From NCBI GenBank assembly GCA_963707505.1, contig CAVPQB010000003.1:96001-160000 (forward strand): a stretch of DNA of 64,000 nt. The letters run 5' to 3'. This stretch comes from an uncultured Gemmatimonadales bacterium. GTDB lineage: Bacteria > Gemmatimonadota > Gemmatimonadetes > Gemmatimonadales > Gemmatimonadaceae. This document shows, in pieces, positions 39,296 through 49,268 of this stretch. The notes under the pieces are model-generated. The model was not told the DNA's origin. It searched no databases and saw nothing but the letters and a program-made list of their open reading frames with translations. Position numbers and translations under genes: made by a program. The stretch's first letter is position 1. Each line of letters starts with the position of its first letter.

Positions 39296-41335
39296 TGTGC
39301 AATACCCAATTTCACGACGCGGCCCGCCTCGAGCATCGTGCCGGCAACGGGCACCAGCGGCTCTGCAGCTCCGGCCACGAGCTCAACCCTGAAACCTGCC
39401 GCGTGCAACGCGCGAACCGCGGAGCGGAGCGGCAGTCCCGCGACGTCCGGCACCGCGCGGGGCGACACTACCGGGGGAATCGCGCGTGTTTTCGATGGCA
39501 GAGTCACGACGTAGGACTCACTCGTCCGCGGATCGGAATCCACCGGCGGAGTATGGGCCAGCGCGCGCAGCGAATCGGCCACGTCTGCACTATCGACCTT
39601 CTTTTCAGTTGCGAGCCGCACACGCTCCGCAGCCCTTCCGGCGGGCGTTGTGTCCGGGCGCGGAGCATGCACCGATGACGCGAGCTCGCCGCGATTGAGT
39701 GCGGCGTCACGCGCCGCGAGCGCTGCGCGCAGCACGACGTTGGTCACTCCTCCGGCAACAATTCCTCCGTAGAACCCCATCTGAGGATTGTCGAGCTTGA
39801 CGAGAATCACGAATTGCGGCTTGTCATCCGGAAAAAGTCCAACGAACGACGCCGTGTACGAGCCTGCGATGTAGCGTCCGTGCGCGTTGCGAAGCGCGGT
39901 GCCGCTCTTTCCCGCAACATCGAGCGTCGCCAGATCGGCTTTTGTGGATGTTCCTCCCGCGACTACATCGCGCAACATCGTACGCACTTCTGCCGCGACC
40001 TCGGGAGTCATCACGCGGCGTACCAGCTGACGTTGCGCGGCGTAGCGAACCGTGCCATCGGCTGCACGGATCTCCTTCACGATGTGCGGCACGAGCAGCT
40101 CGCCGCCATTCGCGATCGAGCTGTATGCCGTGACCATCTGCAGCGGAGTAACTGACACTTCGTACCCCATGACTACCGACGCTGCCGATTGCGGCGTCCA
40201 GCCGCTCGGATCACGCACGACACCTGGCGATTCTGCCGGAAGTGCAACAGTCGTCTGTGTTCCGAAGCCCATATCGCGCAACATCTCGAACTTCTCCCGC
40301 ACCGACATCCGATCCGCAAAACGAACAATGCCGACATTGCTCGAATGCTTGATCACGTCGGTGAGCGACAGGATCGACGGGTGCTCGTCCGCGTCGGTAA
40401 TCGTACGTCCGTTGATCGTCAGATGACCGCCGTAGGTATCTACAGTCTGATCCGGGAGTGGCCCTGCCCAGCTGCAGCAACCGCGCTGCGACGAACGGCT
40501 TCATCGTCGAGCCAGGCTCGTACGGCTCAGTGACCGCCGTGTTCGCGACCGCAGCCGGATCGGCGCGGTTGCTCGCCATCGCAAGAACGTCGCCGGTGTT
40601 CGGATTCATCACGACGATGTCACCCCCATCGGCGTGCAGACTGTCGACCGCGACAGCCAGGGCGCGATCGCAGATCTCCTGCAGCTCGCGATTGATCGTG
40701 AGGACGACAGTGCTTCCGGGTGTCGGATCATCCGCATCGTCCGGCGCTGCGAGCGGACGGCCGCTCTTGTCACGCGCGACGCGCACCGTCGCCGTGTCAC
40801 CGCGCAACAGCGAATCGAGCGCGAGCTCGATTCCGTCCAGCGCCTTTCCCTCAGGGGTGACTCTGCCAACGATCCGCCTGATACCACCGGACGTCGCGTA
40901 AACGCGGTCCATCACCGGCTTGGAGTACACGCCGCGCAGCGCGATAGCCGGTGCAACGGCATTGGGAAGAAATGCGCCGGGAACGTCCACCCACTTTCGC
41001 ATGGTATCGAGCGACATCGAGACGAAACGCGGATCGACGCTGGCAAGCTTTAGATCGCGCGCGAGCGCGGCCCGATTTCTCACCTGGCGCGGCGCAACGC
41101 TGATGCGTACCATCTCCCTGCTCTCCACGAGCGGCCGCCCTGTGGCGTCGAGTATCTGTCCGCGCGGCGCAGGCAATCCTGATGACACATAGTGTTGCCG
41201 CTGGCCGATCTTGCTCCAGTAGTCACTACGAAACAGTTGCTCGTAACCGGCCTTCGCGATCAGCGCAAGCGCGAATACAAGCAGCACGCCGTGTACTATC
41301 GTGAGACGACCGGGGGTCTTCTGGGCCGTGCTCAT
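39292..41335 (-). CDS. ftsI: Division transpeptidase FtsI/PBP3 with C-terminal PASTA, split by one extra base at about 40454-40456
   Basis: TM, RGQILD and EPGSTMK (SxxK) are in one frame. SSN, KSGT and the PASTA-like VPDVAGL are in the other. Confidence 0.93.
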
Positions 41336-41670
41336 CGCTGGATCGACCGGACCTGACGGTCATCGGGAATGCGCATCCCCAATTGCTGCACGATCGGGCC
41401 GAGCTGCGTGCGACTGGACTCGTCGCGTATGAGTGCGGAGAGACGTCCACGCTCGGCTTCCAGCTGCACGATGCGGCGATCCAGATCGGCCATTTGCCGC
41501 GCCTGAGTTATGCCGTAGCTGCGTCGCCAGATCACAGCGCTAGCGACGACTACAAAACCGATCAGTAACGCCGCCATGATCGTCCGTCCGCGCCGCTTGC
41601 GGGTGCGGCGCTTCGCCGCTGGCTTCCCGCGCGTCGTATCGCCAGACTTGCTCACGCGGCCTTTCGCCAT
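41332..41670 (-). CDS. ftsL: Cell division protein FtsL-like
   Basis: Basic N-terminus, TM, coiled coil and LGM.IP. Lies between rsmH and ftsI. Confidence 0.8.
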   Translation of the reverse strand: MAKGRVSKSGDTTRGKPAAKRRTRKRRGRTIMAALLIGFVVVASAVIWRRSYGITQARQMADLDRRIVQLEAERGRLSALIRDESSRTQLGPIVQQLGMRIPDDRQVRSIQR

Positions 41671-42593
41671 GATCTGAGGTGAGCACTGCGCGCGCGGGGA
41701 TTACGTGCGATCTCGACAGCGGTGGCGGTGATCGACTTCCGCGTGACCAGTGTGCCCAGCGCGACGCCGCCGCACGTGCAGACCGGCTGCCGTGGTGGAC
41801 ACGTGCATGCGGTGCTCCACGCGCGCATCGCGTGCTTGACCAGCCGGTCCTCTCCCGAGTGATACGCGATTATGCTGAGAGTGGCGCCCGGTGCCAGCAT
41901 GTCACGCAGTATGGGAAGGACGCGCTCCAGTCCATTCAACTCGTCGTTCACCGCGATCCGTACCGCCTGAAAGAGGCGAGCGAAGTCGGCTGGACCAGCC
42001 GACGCGCCAAAAGCACCGCGAATCGCGCCGACCAGATCCTCGGCGATAACGAAGTCACGCGTCGAGCGTCGCCGGAGTATCTCGTTCGCGAGCCGGCGCG
42101 CGCGCGGCTCGTCGCCGTATTCGCGGAATATCCGCGTCAGCTCCTCAGGGCTAGCGGTATTGAGCAAGTCCGCGGCGGACTCGCCTGCCGCGGACATTCT
42201 CATGTCGAGCGCAACGCCGGGCCTGAACGAAAAGCCTCGTTCGTCGCGATCTATCTGCGATGATGAGACGCCGAGGTCTGCCAGAATTCCAGCAAACGAC
42301 TCGTTCCGTAGTTCAGGGATCTCGTCGATATGCGTGAAGTCGCCCTTGACGGCGCGAAAGCGTCCTGCCTCGACAAAGGCTTTGAGCCGCGCGGTCGCCT
42401 CGGCGATAGCATCGCTGTCGCGGTCCACTCCGATAACTGATGCGCCGGCCTCAAGCAATGCGAGCGAATGGCCGCCACCGCCCAGCGTGCAGTCGAGTAC
42501 CGACTCCGCGCTCCCGAGTGCGCCAAGCACCTCGGCGACCATGACCGGGTCATGGTATCCACTTTCGAACGATCGTTCAGTTATCGAGGACAC
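41652..42593 (-). CDS. rsmH: 16S rRNA m4C1402 methyltransferase
   Basis: HDPVM, DCTLGGGGHS, DLGVSS.QID..RGFSF, LDMRM, HSGEDR and NPRARSA motifs. Start uncertain (GTG 42593). Confidence 0.96.
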   Translation of the reverse strand: MSSITERSFESGYHDPVMVAEVLGALGSAESVLDCTLGGGGHSLALLEAGASVIGVDRDSDAIAEATARLKAFVEAGRFRAVKGDFTHIDEIPELRNESFAGILADLGVSSSQIDRDERGFSFRPGVALDMRMSAAGESAADLLNTASPEELTRIFREYGDEPRARRLANEILRRRSTRDFVIAEDLVGAIRGAFGASAGPADFARLFQAVRIAVNDELNGLERVLPILRDMLAPGATLSIIAYHSGEDRLVKHAMRAWSTACTCPPRQPVCTCGGVALGTLVTRKSITATAVEIARNPRARSAHLRSWRKAA

Positions 42594-42643
42594 GGTTGCT
42601 TTCCAAGATACGGCGGGCGTGGCGGGGGAGGCAGCCAATATAC

Positions 42644-42675
42644 AAAAAACCGCCCCGGCGCGAACCGGGGCGGTT
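42644..42675 (-). terminator. Rho-independent terminator downstream of the TPR gene
   Basis: Minus strand reads AACCGCCCCGG-TTCGCG-CCGGGGCGGTTTTTT. Confidence 0.88.
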
Positions 42676-42709
42676 GGTGCAAACTAACGGGCTGTTGCAG
42701 CCCGCGGCG

Positions 42710-44422
42710 CTACTTGCAGAACTTCTTGACCTGCGCATCTGCGGCAGGCAGGAATTGGCTGATCACAGGGAGGAACTGGCCCGCGGCCGCCTTGTACTTG
42801 TCGTCCGTTGCGCCAGCCTGCAGGCCGGTCTGGGCGACGGCCAGATTCTCACGTGCGGTCTGAGCCAACGGGCAGCTCTTGGATGTGTTGGCTTCGTTGT
42901 AGGCGCTCTGCGCCACTGAGAAGGCAGACACGCCGGCGAGGAACTTGGCGTCCACCGACGGCTGGATGGCGTCGGAGAGCTGCAGCATCTTGATCGCCGC
43001 CTGGAACTGAGCGCGGTCCTTGGATGCATTGGCTGCCTTGTACATGTTGTTGCCCTGACCCAGCGCGTACTGTGCGATGGTGCTCTTGTCGGCGCCAGGC
43101 GCGGCCGCGGCACGTTGCAGAATCGCCGCAACGCTATCCTCCTGATTGGCCTGCGAGTAGCTGTCGGCGAGCAACAGGAGAGCCTGCGGGTTGTTCGGAT
43201 TCGCAGCGATCGCACGCTTGAGCACGGCTACTGCCTCGGGAGCACGGTTCGCCTTGCGCAACGCGGACGCAAGCGAGAGCAGCAGATCGCCACTGTTCGG
43301 ATACTTCTGCACGCCGGCCTGCAGCACGTTGATGGCCTGCGCGGAGTCGGCTGCCTGGTTCATGCTCAGATATGCTGCGGCCATGCGCGTGAAGTACGAG
43401 CTATCGGCAGCGGCGGTATCCGCGCGAATCAGCTCAGGCCCCGTCGTGACTGCCTGCTGCCAGTCCTGAGCGGCAAGATAGACGAGGAATGCAGTGCGGA
43501 GCAGCTGCGGATCGCCCGGTGAGCGGTCGAGCAACTCCTTGACGAGCGGCTCCGCTTCCTTGGCGTGACCGGATCCGGCGAGCTCGTTGACGACCTGACT
43601 GATGAGCTTGTCGTTGGTTGGATCGGCGCGGATGAGCGCGAGGAGTGTGGCGCGCGACTGTGCGCTGTCACCAATCACCTTGTACAGCTCGGTGTTGAAC
43701 TTGAGAGCCGCGACGCTCTTGGGATCCTGCTGTGCGATCACGCGTGTTATGGCGAGCACCGAGTCAGCGAGCGCAACCGAGTCGGCGTGCGTCGTTGCCT
43801 TCTGGTATCGCGTGTACTGCACGTTGGCGGCGCAGAGACGAGCGAGCGTCGCCTGCGGATATGCGGCGATGCCCTTGTTGGCAGCCGCAAGAGCGCCGGC
43901 GACGTCGCCAGCACGAGCCTTGCTGATGCATTCCTTCTCGCCGTCGATTTGCTTTATCGCGTCGCGGACGGATTTCGCAATCGCGTCCATCGCGTCGCCG
44001 ACCTTGCTGTTGGTGGCCGAAGGAAGCGCCTGCGAGAGCGTGTTATCGCGCGCCAGCACCATGCGCGCATTTACAGTATAAGCGCCGCTCGCTGCCTTCT
44101 CGACGGACCCCGTTATGTACTCATCGGCACGCAATAGATTCGCGAGTGCCTTCTCGTCGTTGGGCGCGAGTGGCTCGCTGGCTGAGAAGCCAGACTGCTC
44201 CAGCGTATTGTTGACATCCTTGGTCGGAAGGACGTAGACGTCCTTTGGATTGAACTTGTCCTTGAGCTGGTTACGAAGCTCATCGGCGGCCTTCGCGCCC
44301 GTGCCCTTTTCCTGACTCTGGAAGGTCATCACGGTAATGCGCGCTTTGGCATCCTGCGAATGAGCCGGCGTAACACCGGCTAATGCGAGGGCCGCGAGCG
44401 CCAAAGAATAACGTGCGTTCAA
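42710..44422 (-). CDS. Exported TPR-repeat protein
   Basis: Signal peptide (…TPAHS-Q), an N-terminal alpha/beta domain and many TPR-like helices. TTG start with a GGAGGAG RBS. Confidence 0.85.
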   Translation of the reverse strand: MNARYSLALAALALAGVTPAHSQDAKARITVMTFQSQEKGTGAKAADELRNQLKDKFNPKDVYVLPTKDVNNTLEQSGFSASEPLAPNDEKALANLLRADEYITGSVEKAASGAYTVNARMVLARDNTLSQALPSATNSKVGDAMDAIAKSVRDAIKQIDGEKECISKARAGDVAGALAAANKGIAAYPQATLARLCAANVQYTRYQKATTHADSVALADSVLAITRVIAQQDPKSVAALKFNTELYKVIGDSAQSRATLLALIRADPTNDKLISQVVNELAGSGHAKEAEPLVKELLDRSPGDPQLLRTAFLVYLAAQDWQQAVTTGPELIRADTAAADSSYFTRMAAAYLSMNQAADSAQAINVLQAGVQKYPNSGDLLLSLASALRKANRAPEAVAVLKRAIAANPNNPQALLLLADSYSQANQEDSVAAILQRAAAAPGADKSTIAQYALGQGNNMYKAANASKDRAQFQAAIKMLQLSDAIQPSVDAKFLAGVSAFSVAQSAYNEANTSKSCPLAQTARENLAVAQTGLQAGATDDKYKAAAGQFLPVISQFLPAADAQVKKFCK

Positions 44423-44500
44423 CTGAGACTCCTCCAAATTGTAAACGTTTGTACACCACTACAAGGGGCCAGGTTCGCCAGCGGTCCGGCCATATCATGA

Positions 44501-44574
44501 TGGGCGAGGAGGGATTCGAACCCCCGACATCCTGCGTGTAAGGCAGGCGCTCTAACCAGCTGAGCTACTCGCCC
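44501..44574 (-). tRNA. tRNA-Val (TAC); CCA not encoded
   Basis: GGGCGAGTAGCTCAGCTGGTTAGAGCGCCTGCCT-TAC-ACGCAGGATGTCGGGGGTTCGAATCCCTCCTCGCCCA forms a full cloverleaf. Confidence 0.97.
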
Positions 44575-44618
44575 AAGTGCAGAAAATGCGCCGAAGCGTT
44601 TCTGCGCCCAAGCACGTT

Positions 44619-44822
44619 CTAGCGTTTGAGGATTGCAACTGGTATCAGGACACAGTAGGCGAGCACCAGAAGCACGGGGGCAAGAGTCTCACCGCCGCGC
44701 CAGAGATCGGCGTAGCCCACGATGAGAGTTATGGCCGCGAGCCCCCACCACATGAATCTGCGACTGGCAGGAATAGCCGCAGGAACGGTCGCGTTTGCCA
44801 TATTCATGGTTTCTTTCGGCAT
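44619..44822 (-). CDS. Small two-TM membrane protein, DUF3098-like
   Basis: Two hydrophobic helices with TLAPVLLVLAY..LIPVAILK. A promoter lies directly upstream. Confidence 0.7.
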   Translation of the reverse strand: MPKETMNMANATVPAAIPASRRFMWWGLAAITLIVGYADLWRGGETLAPVLLVLAYCVLIPVAILKR

Positions 44823-44830
44823 AGACGCGA

Positions 44831-44860
44831 AGTGTACGGGCCGCGGACGCCGGGTGTCAA
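44831..44860 (-). promoter_or_regulatory. Sigma70-type promoter for the small membrane gene and tRNA-Val
   Basis: Perfect TTGACA (44860-44855), N18, then TACACT (44836-44831), 8 nt before ATG 44822. Confidence 0.7.
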
Positions 44861-44915
44861 GCGAGTGGCCCTACCTTAATCTGTTGTTAATTGAACGGTC
44901 TCCAGGATGACCGTT

Positions 44916-45788
44916 TCATTCCCCTCGTGAAAGCCACGCGCGCCTCGGTGTCTCGCCGCGATCGGCAGTCGCCGCCATCTCGGCGCATTTGACGCTCCAG
45001 GGATTGAATTTGTTCACACCTGCGCCGCGTTTCCACACTGCCACCGCGCGCGAACGCTCGCCAGCGAGCCACAGTGCGTGCCCCAGCTCGAAGTACGCCT
45101 CCACGAGATTCGGCCCGAGCGTGATGGATCGCTCGAAGAAGATCTGCGCGTCCTCATACATCTCGCGCTCGGTGTAGACAAGTCCCAGGTAGAAGTTCGC
45201 GTACAACTTCGCACGAGCGTCCTCGTCCTGACGCAGCGCCTTTGACAAATGCTCGATCGCCTCGCCGAAGATTCCCTTTTTCAGGCAGATGTAACCGACG
45301 TTGATACGCGCAAGTGCGTTGGCTGGCTCGCGGCCGAGCACGTATTGAAAGTTCATCAACGCGGCATCGAGCTTGTCCTGAAGCATCTGCGCCCAACCCA
45401 GTAGTGACTGCCCTTCGGTGTTGGTCGGTGCAAGCTCCAGTGCACGCGACAGTGCTTCCTCGGCTCCTTCGTAATCGCCGAGCGAGATCTTGGACCAGCC
45501 GCGCTCGAGAAAAGTCGACGCTCCGATGTGATCCTCGTGCACCACCGGGCGCGTGCCGGCGAACTGCGGCGCCATGGCCGGCGACACGTTTCTCCGCGCC
45601 TTCCACTTCTCGACGAGATCGCGAATGTCGTCCTTCAGTCGCGTGAGCTGTCCGAGCGATCCGTCGACCGCGCGGTACACGTCCATCAGCGACGCCTTGA
45701 GAGCCGGATCGTCGCGCATCTGGCGCGACTCGATCTCGTGCTTCAACTGCTCGAAGGTGATCCGAAGATCGGCTACGCTGTCAGCCAT
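44916..45788 (-). CDS. Cytoplasmic TPR protein with N-terminal coiled coil
   Basis: About 5 TPR-like repeats (LGWAQ, VGYIC, LGLVY, LGHAL). Overlaps the cheB end. Confidence 0.88.
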   Translation of the reverse strand: MADSVADLRITFEQLKHEIESRQMRDDPALKASLMDVYRAVDGSLGQLTRLKDDIRDLVEKWKARRNVSPAMAPQFAGTRPVVHEDHIGASTFLERGWSKISLGDYEGAEEALSRALELAPTNTEGQSLLGWAQMLQDKLDAALMNFQYVLGREPANALARINVGYICLKKGIFGEAIEHLSKALRQDEDARAKLYANFYLGLVYTEREMYEDAQIFFERSITLGPNLVEAYFELGHALWLAGERSRAVAVWKRGAGVNKFNPWSVKCAEMAATADRGETPRRAWLSRGE

Positions 45789-46914
45789 TCCAGTCGCTCC
45801 TCAGGGACCATTCCGATTATCGCATTCGCCATCATGGATAGCGAAACCACGTGATCCGCACCGGCTTCCAGAAACGCCGCACGCGGCATTCCATATATAG
45901 CGGACGACGCCTCGTCCTGGACGATCGCACGCCCGCCACTCGATCTGATCTTTCGCAGACCGGCCGCTCCGTCGCGTCCCATCCCGGTGAGCACGACGCC
46001 GGTGCAGGCTGCGCCGAACACATCTGCAGCGGAGCTGAAGAGCACGTCGGCACACGGCGTCGCGCCTGAGCGGGGCTCGGCCGAGTGTTGCCGCAGAACC
46101 GCGGCACCGGCATCGCCGGCGCCGGCGCCGCTGCTGGCGATGCTCGTGTTGACTCCGCCACGCGCTATATACACCACGCCGGCGAAAAGCGGCATTCCAT
46201 CCTCCGCTTCACGAACGCTGACGGTACTCGCACGCCCAAGGCGCTCGGCAAGCGCCGCCGTGAATTCAGCCGGGAGATGTTGCGCGATCACCACCGCTGC
46301 GGAGAGCGCAGCCGGAAGCTGTGGCACTATCTCCGCAAGCGCCCGCGGGCCCCCGGTGGACGACGCGACGACTACTATGTGCGTCGCCGCGGCGCGCTTT
46401 TGTGCTGGCACCGGCGGCACAGCGGCAGCTTCGCGCTGGACTACGACGGGCGGTGGTGCGAGCGTTGCCCGCGCTGCTGCACCAAGCGCAGCGATCAGGC
46501 GCTCGCGTACGATCGGGAGATCTAGGCTGACCGGCCCGGACGGCTTCCGTACGAATTCAACTGCACCGAGCTCGAGCGCGCGCAGCGTAGCGTCGCCGTA
46601 TTGCGCGCCGCCCGCACTCAACACCACGACGGGGCGAGGCGACTCGGTCATGACGCGGCGGAGCACCGTCAACCCATCCAGCTTCGGCATCTCGAGGTCA
46701 AGGGTGACGATGTCCGGATCCAGCCGATCGATCTGTGTCATCGCATCGACACCGTCTCGCGCAATGCCGATCACTCTGAAATCCGGATGAGCGTCGATCA
46801 TCTCCGCGATCAGCTTGCGCATGAACGCGCTGTCGTCCACGACCAGCACGCCATGGACGTGCGACGTTCGTGCGACGTTGCGTGCGACGTTGCGTGCGAC
46901 GTTGACTCAGTCAT
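45773..46914 (-). CDS. cheB: Chemotaxis methylesterase CheB (REC + methylesterase); coupled ATG is out of frame by one base
   Basis: VVDDSAFMR, LDLEMP and KP motifs; catalytic SSTGGP, QHLP and LTGMGRDG. The in-frame ORF begins at GTG 46849. Confidence 0.93.
46858..46904. repeat. Tandem repeat of CGTGCGACGTTG, three full copies plus one 11-bp copy
   Basis: Units at 46858-46868 (11 bp), 46869-46880, 46881-46892 and 46893-46904. Confidence 0.95.
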
Positions 46915-47747
46915 AGCGGCTTGCGATAGATGCGCTCGCGTAGGTCCACTGGAACGAGATTCTTGCGCGCCCTTCCAAAAATCGTCTCGACGTGGCCCAT
47001 GATCAGGTAGCCGCCGGGCCGCAGGGAGTCGAACAGCGAATCGACAAGAGCTTCCTGGGTAGCGCGATCCAGATAGATGACGACGTTGCGACACGCAACG
47101 AGATCGAACGCCCCGTCATCCGGCCGGTCTCGCAGTATGTCACGTCGCTCGAACCGTGTGATCGCGCGAATCGCGGCGATCACGGTTCTTCTGTCACCCA
47201 CGCGCGGAAAGAGGTCGTCGAGTATTTCCGGCGCCGTATCCGTAAACGATGCCGGCAGATACGTCGCGCGATTCGCCGCATCGAGTGAACGGCGGTCTAT
47301 ATCGCTGCCCAGCACTGACACGCGGCCAAGGCGTCCAAGTGCACCGGTTGAGCGGGCATGCTCATGAAAGAGCGCCGCCAGCGAATACGCTTCCTCTCCC
47401 GACGCGCTGCCCGCGCTCCAGACCCTGACACGCGGAACACGATGCCACAGCTCCGGAACCACGCGCTGCGCCACAACGGCAAATGTGTTCGGATTACGGA
47501 AGAATCGCGTGACGTTCACGGTGAGCGTATCCATGAGCCGTTCGTATTCGCTGCTGTCGCTGTCGAGCAGATGGCCGTACTGGGCGTACGTCGCAGCACC
47601 ACGCGCGCGCATGCGCACGGCGATGCGGCGACGTACGCAGCCGTCCTTGTAATTGGTGCAGCGAAAGTCACTCTCGCGCGCGATCTTCTCCGCGAGATCG
47701 CGAAAGCCGTCGTCGACGCCCGGATCGTTCTGCATTTCGATCATCAC
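46911..47747 (-). CDS. cheR: Chemotaxis methyltransferase CheR
   Basis: TVNVTRFFRN, RVWSAGSASGEEAYS, GSDID, DLVACRNVVIY and GHVE motifs. Confidence 0.95.
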   Translation of the reverse strand: MMIEMQNDPGVDDGFRDLAEKIARESDFRCTNYKDGCVRRRIAVRMRARGAATYAQYGHLLDSDSSEYERLMDTLTVNVTRFFRNPNTFAVVAQRVVPELWHRVPRVRVWSAGSASGEEAYSLAALFHEHARSTGALGRLGRVSVLGSDIDRRSLDAANRATYLPASFTDTAPEILDDLFPRVGDRRTVIAAIRAITRFERRDILRDRPDDGAFDLVACRNVVIYLDRATQEALVDSLFDSLRPGGYLIMGHVETIFGRARKNLVPVDLRERIYRKPL

Positions 47748-49060
47748 TGCGCGTCCAGCGTATGCGCACGACGGTACGCTTCCCTGGCCTCGTCGAAGCG
47801 GCCGTCGCGCTGCAACGAGTCGGCGAAGTTCCGATGCAGCTGAGGGAGCGTGGAATCCTCGATCAGTCCGCGCTCCAGAGTCCGCAGCGCGTCGTCAAAG
47901 TCACTGCGCGCCTCGTAGGCCACGGCGAGGTTGTTCCACAGAACGGCATACGATGGATACACCTGCACTGCCTCGCTCAGCAGTGCTATCGCGCGATCGA
48001 GATCGTTCACCATCGCCGCGGCGAGTCCCGCATAGTGGAACCAGACCGGGGGTGGCCTGCGCGTGCCCCACAGCGTTCGCGCTGCGGCGAGCGCTGCGTC
48101 GGCGGTCTCGTAATCTCTTGCCCCCACGGCCATGGCGGCTGCGTTGGTCTGTACCAACGGGTCGCCACGGCCGCCGTGGGACAGTGCGTCTGCCATCGCG
48201 GCGCGGGCGCGATCCATCTCGCCCATCTGCTCGTACGCGTACGCGAGATTCACAAACACCGCTGGACGCGACGCCTGCTGTTGCGTCACATAGCGCTCGA
48301 ATGCGTGTGCGGCCGCGGGCCACTGCTCCTGCCTCAACGCGACGAGACCGAGGTAGAACGAAGCTTCCGGATCGTTCTCGCGCAACGCGTCGACGCGCCG
48401 GAACTCGCGCTGCGACTCCTCGTACATCCCCGTCTTGTAGAAGGCGACGCCGAGGTTGCGGTGCTCGGTCGCCTTGTCGTCGGTACGCGCCGGCGCGCGC
48501 GCACGCGTGCTTACACCTACGCGCATCATGTAGCCCGTCATCAGCAGACCGTACAGGGTCTTTGCGGTGATGAATTCGCCGAGCTTCGACTCTGCGATCA
48601 GCGCACTGACATCCCGCTGTCCGTCGACGAGCGGCACGAGCTTCTCCTCTTCCGCCGTGAGCTCGCGCTCGATCGCCATCATGCGATGACGATCCATGGC
48701 GTACACGATGTCGAACGTCGGAATCTTCTTCGCTATCAGCGCCCACTCATCGACGCGACGCGCACCTTCGAGGAGCAGCGATTGCGGATCTATCGAGTGC
48801 ATGGGCACGCCCTCGTCCGGAGTCGCGCCCGGCTCGAAGTTGAACGTCCCCTGCGTCCACGTGAAGAGCAGATAGACCGCTTCTTCGGTGCTGAGATTGC
48901 GGTTGACGATCGACGCGTGAGAGATGGCGCCGTCGGCGAAGTAGATGTATCCGAAGTTGTTGGCGTAGGTCAGACCGAGACAGCCGGTCTTCTTCCCCAT
49001 CGCGAGGAGCTGAAGCACATCTGGCAGACTTGCCTCGGTAAGGCTTCCGCGGATCGCCAT
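47744..49060 (-). CDS. DUF4388 (PATAN-like) domain plus TPR protein
   Basis: MAIRGSL...LPDVLQLL..GKKTG.L, IYF.DG.I.HA, W..GTFNF, LLLEGARRVDEW and DGQRDV, then TPRs (HRNLGVAFYK, WNNLAVAY). Confidence 0.88.
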   Translation of the reverse strand: MAIRGSLTEASLPDVLQLLAMGKKTGCLGLTYANNFGYIYFADGAISHASIVNRNLSTEEAVYLLFTWTQGTFNFEPGATPDEGVPMHSIDPQSLLLEGARRVDEWALIAKKIPTFDIVYAMDRHRMMAIERELTAEEEKLVPLVDGQRDVSALIAESKLGEFITAKTLYGLLMTGYMMRVGVSTRARAPARTDDKATEHRNLGVAFYKTGMYEESQREFRRVDALRENDPEASFYLGLVALRQEQWPAAAHAFERYVTQQQASRPAVFVNLAYAYEQMGEMDRARAAMADALSHGGRGDPLVQTNAAAMAVGARDYETADAALAAARTLWGTRRPPPVWFHYAGLAAAMVNDLDRAIALLSEAVQVYPSYAVLWNNLAVAYEARSDFDDALRTLERGLIEDSTLPQLHRNFADSLQRDGRFDEAREAYRRAHTLDAQ

Positions 49061-49242
49061 CAGCGAAACTCTTCCATGATTCTGCCGGACAGCTCCGGCC
49101 ACACGCGCACGACCTTCTCATCGTCGTTGAACGCAGATGGCGTCTCCGCGCTCTGACGTGCGCGCAGCTCTTCGACGCGCTGCGCGACGACGGACTGGAG
49201 ATCCGTCAGAAAATCGTCGTACTCGGCGGTTTCGTCAGCCAT
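49060..49242 (-). CDS. Small acidic hypothetical protein (60 aa)
   Basis: Fills the cheC-DUF4388 gap, has a GAGGTG RBS, and shows a TGATG overlap with the next gene. Confidence 0.65.
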   Translation of the reverse strand: MADETAEYDDFLTDLQSVVAQRVEELRARQSAETPSAFNDDEKVVRVWPELSGRIMEEFR

Positions 49243-49268
49243 GACTACGGAGATACACCTCGATCACC

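Noticed and set aside
30532..41335. Pseudogenisation of cell-wall genes (murC, ftsI)
   Set aside because: Single isolated indels with all catalytic motifs intact and no other decay. Sequencing error is more parsimonious.
44440..44620. tRNA-Val as an integration site or island boundary
   Set aside because: No integrase, no duplicated tRNA 3' end and no evident compositional shift.
46858..46904. Possible CRISPR array
   Set aside because: Contiguous 12-bp units with no spacers and no cas genes; a simple tandem repeat.
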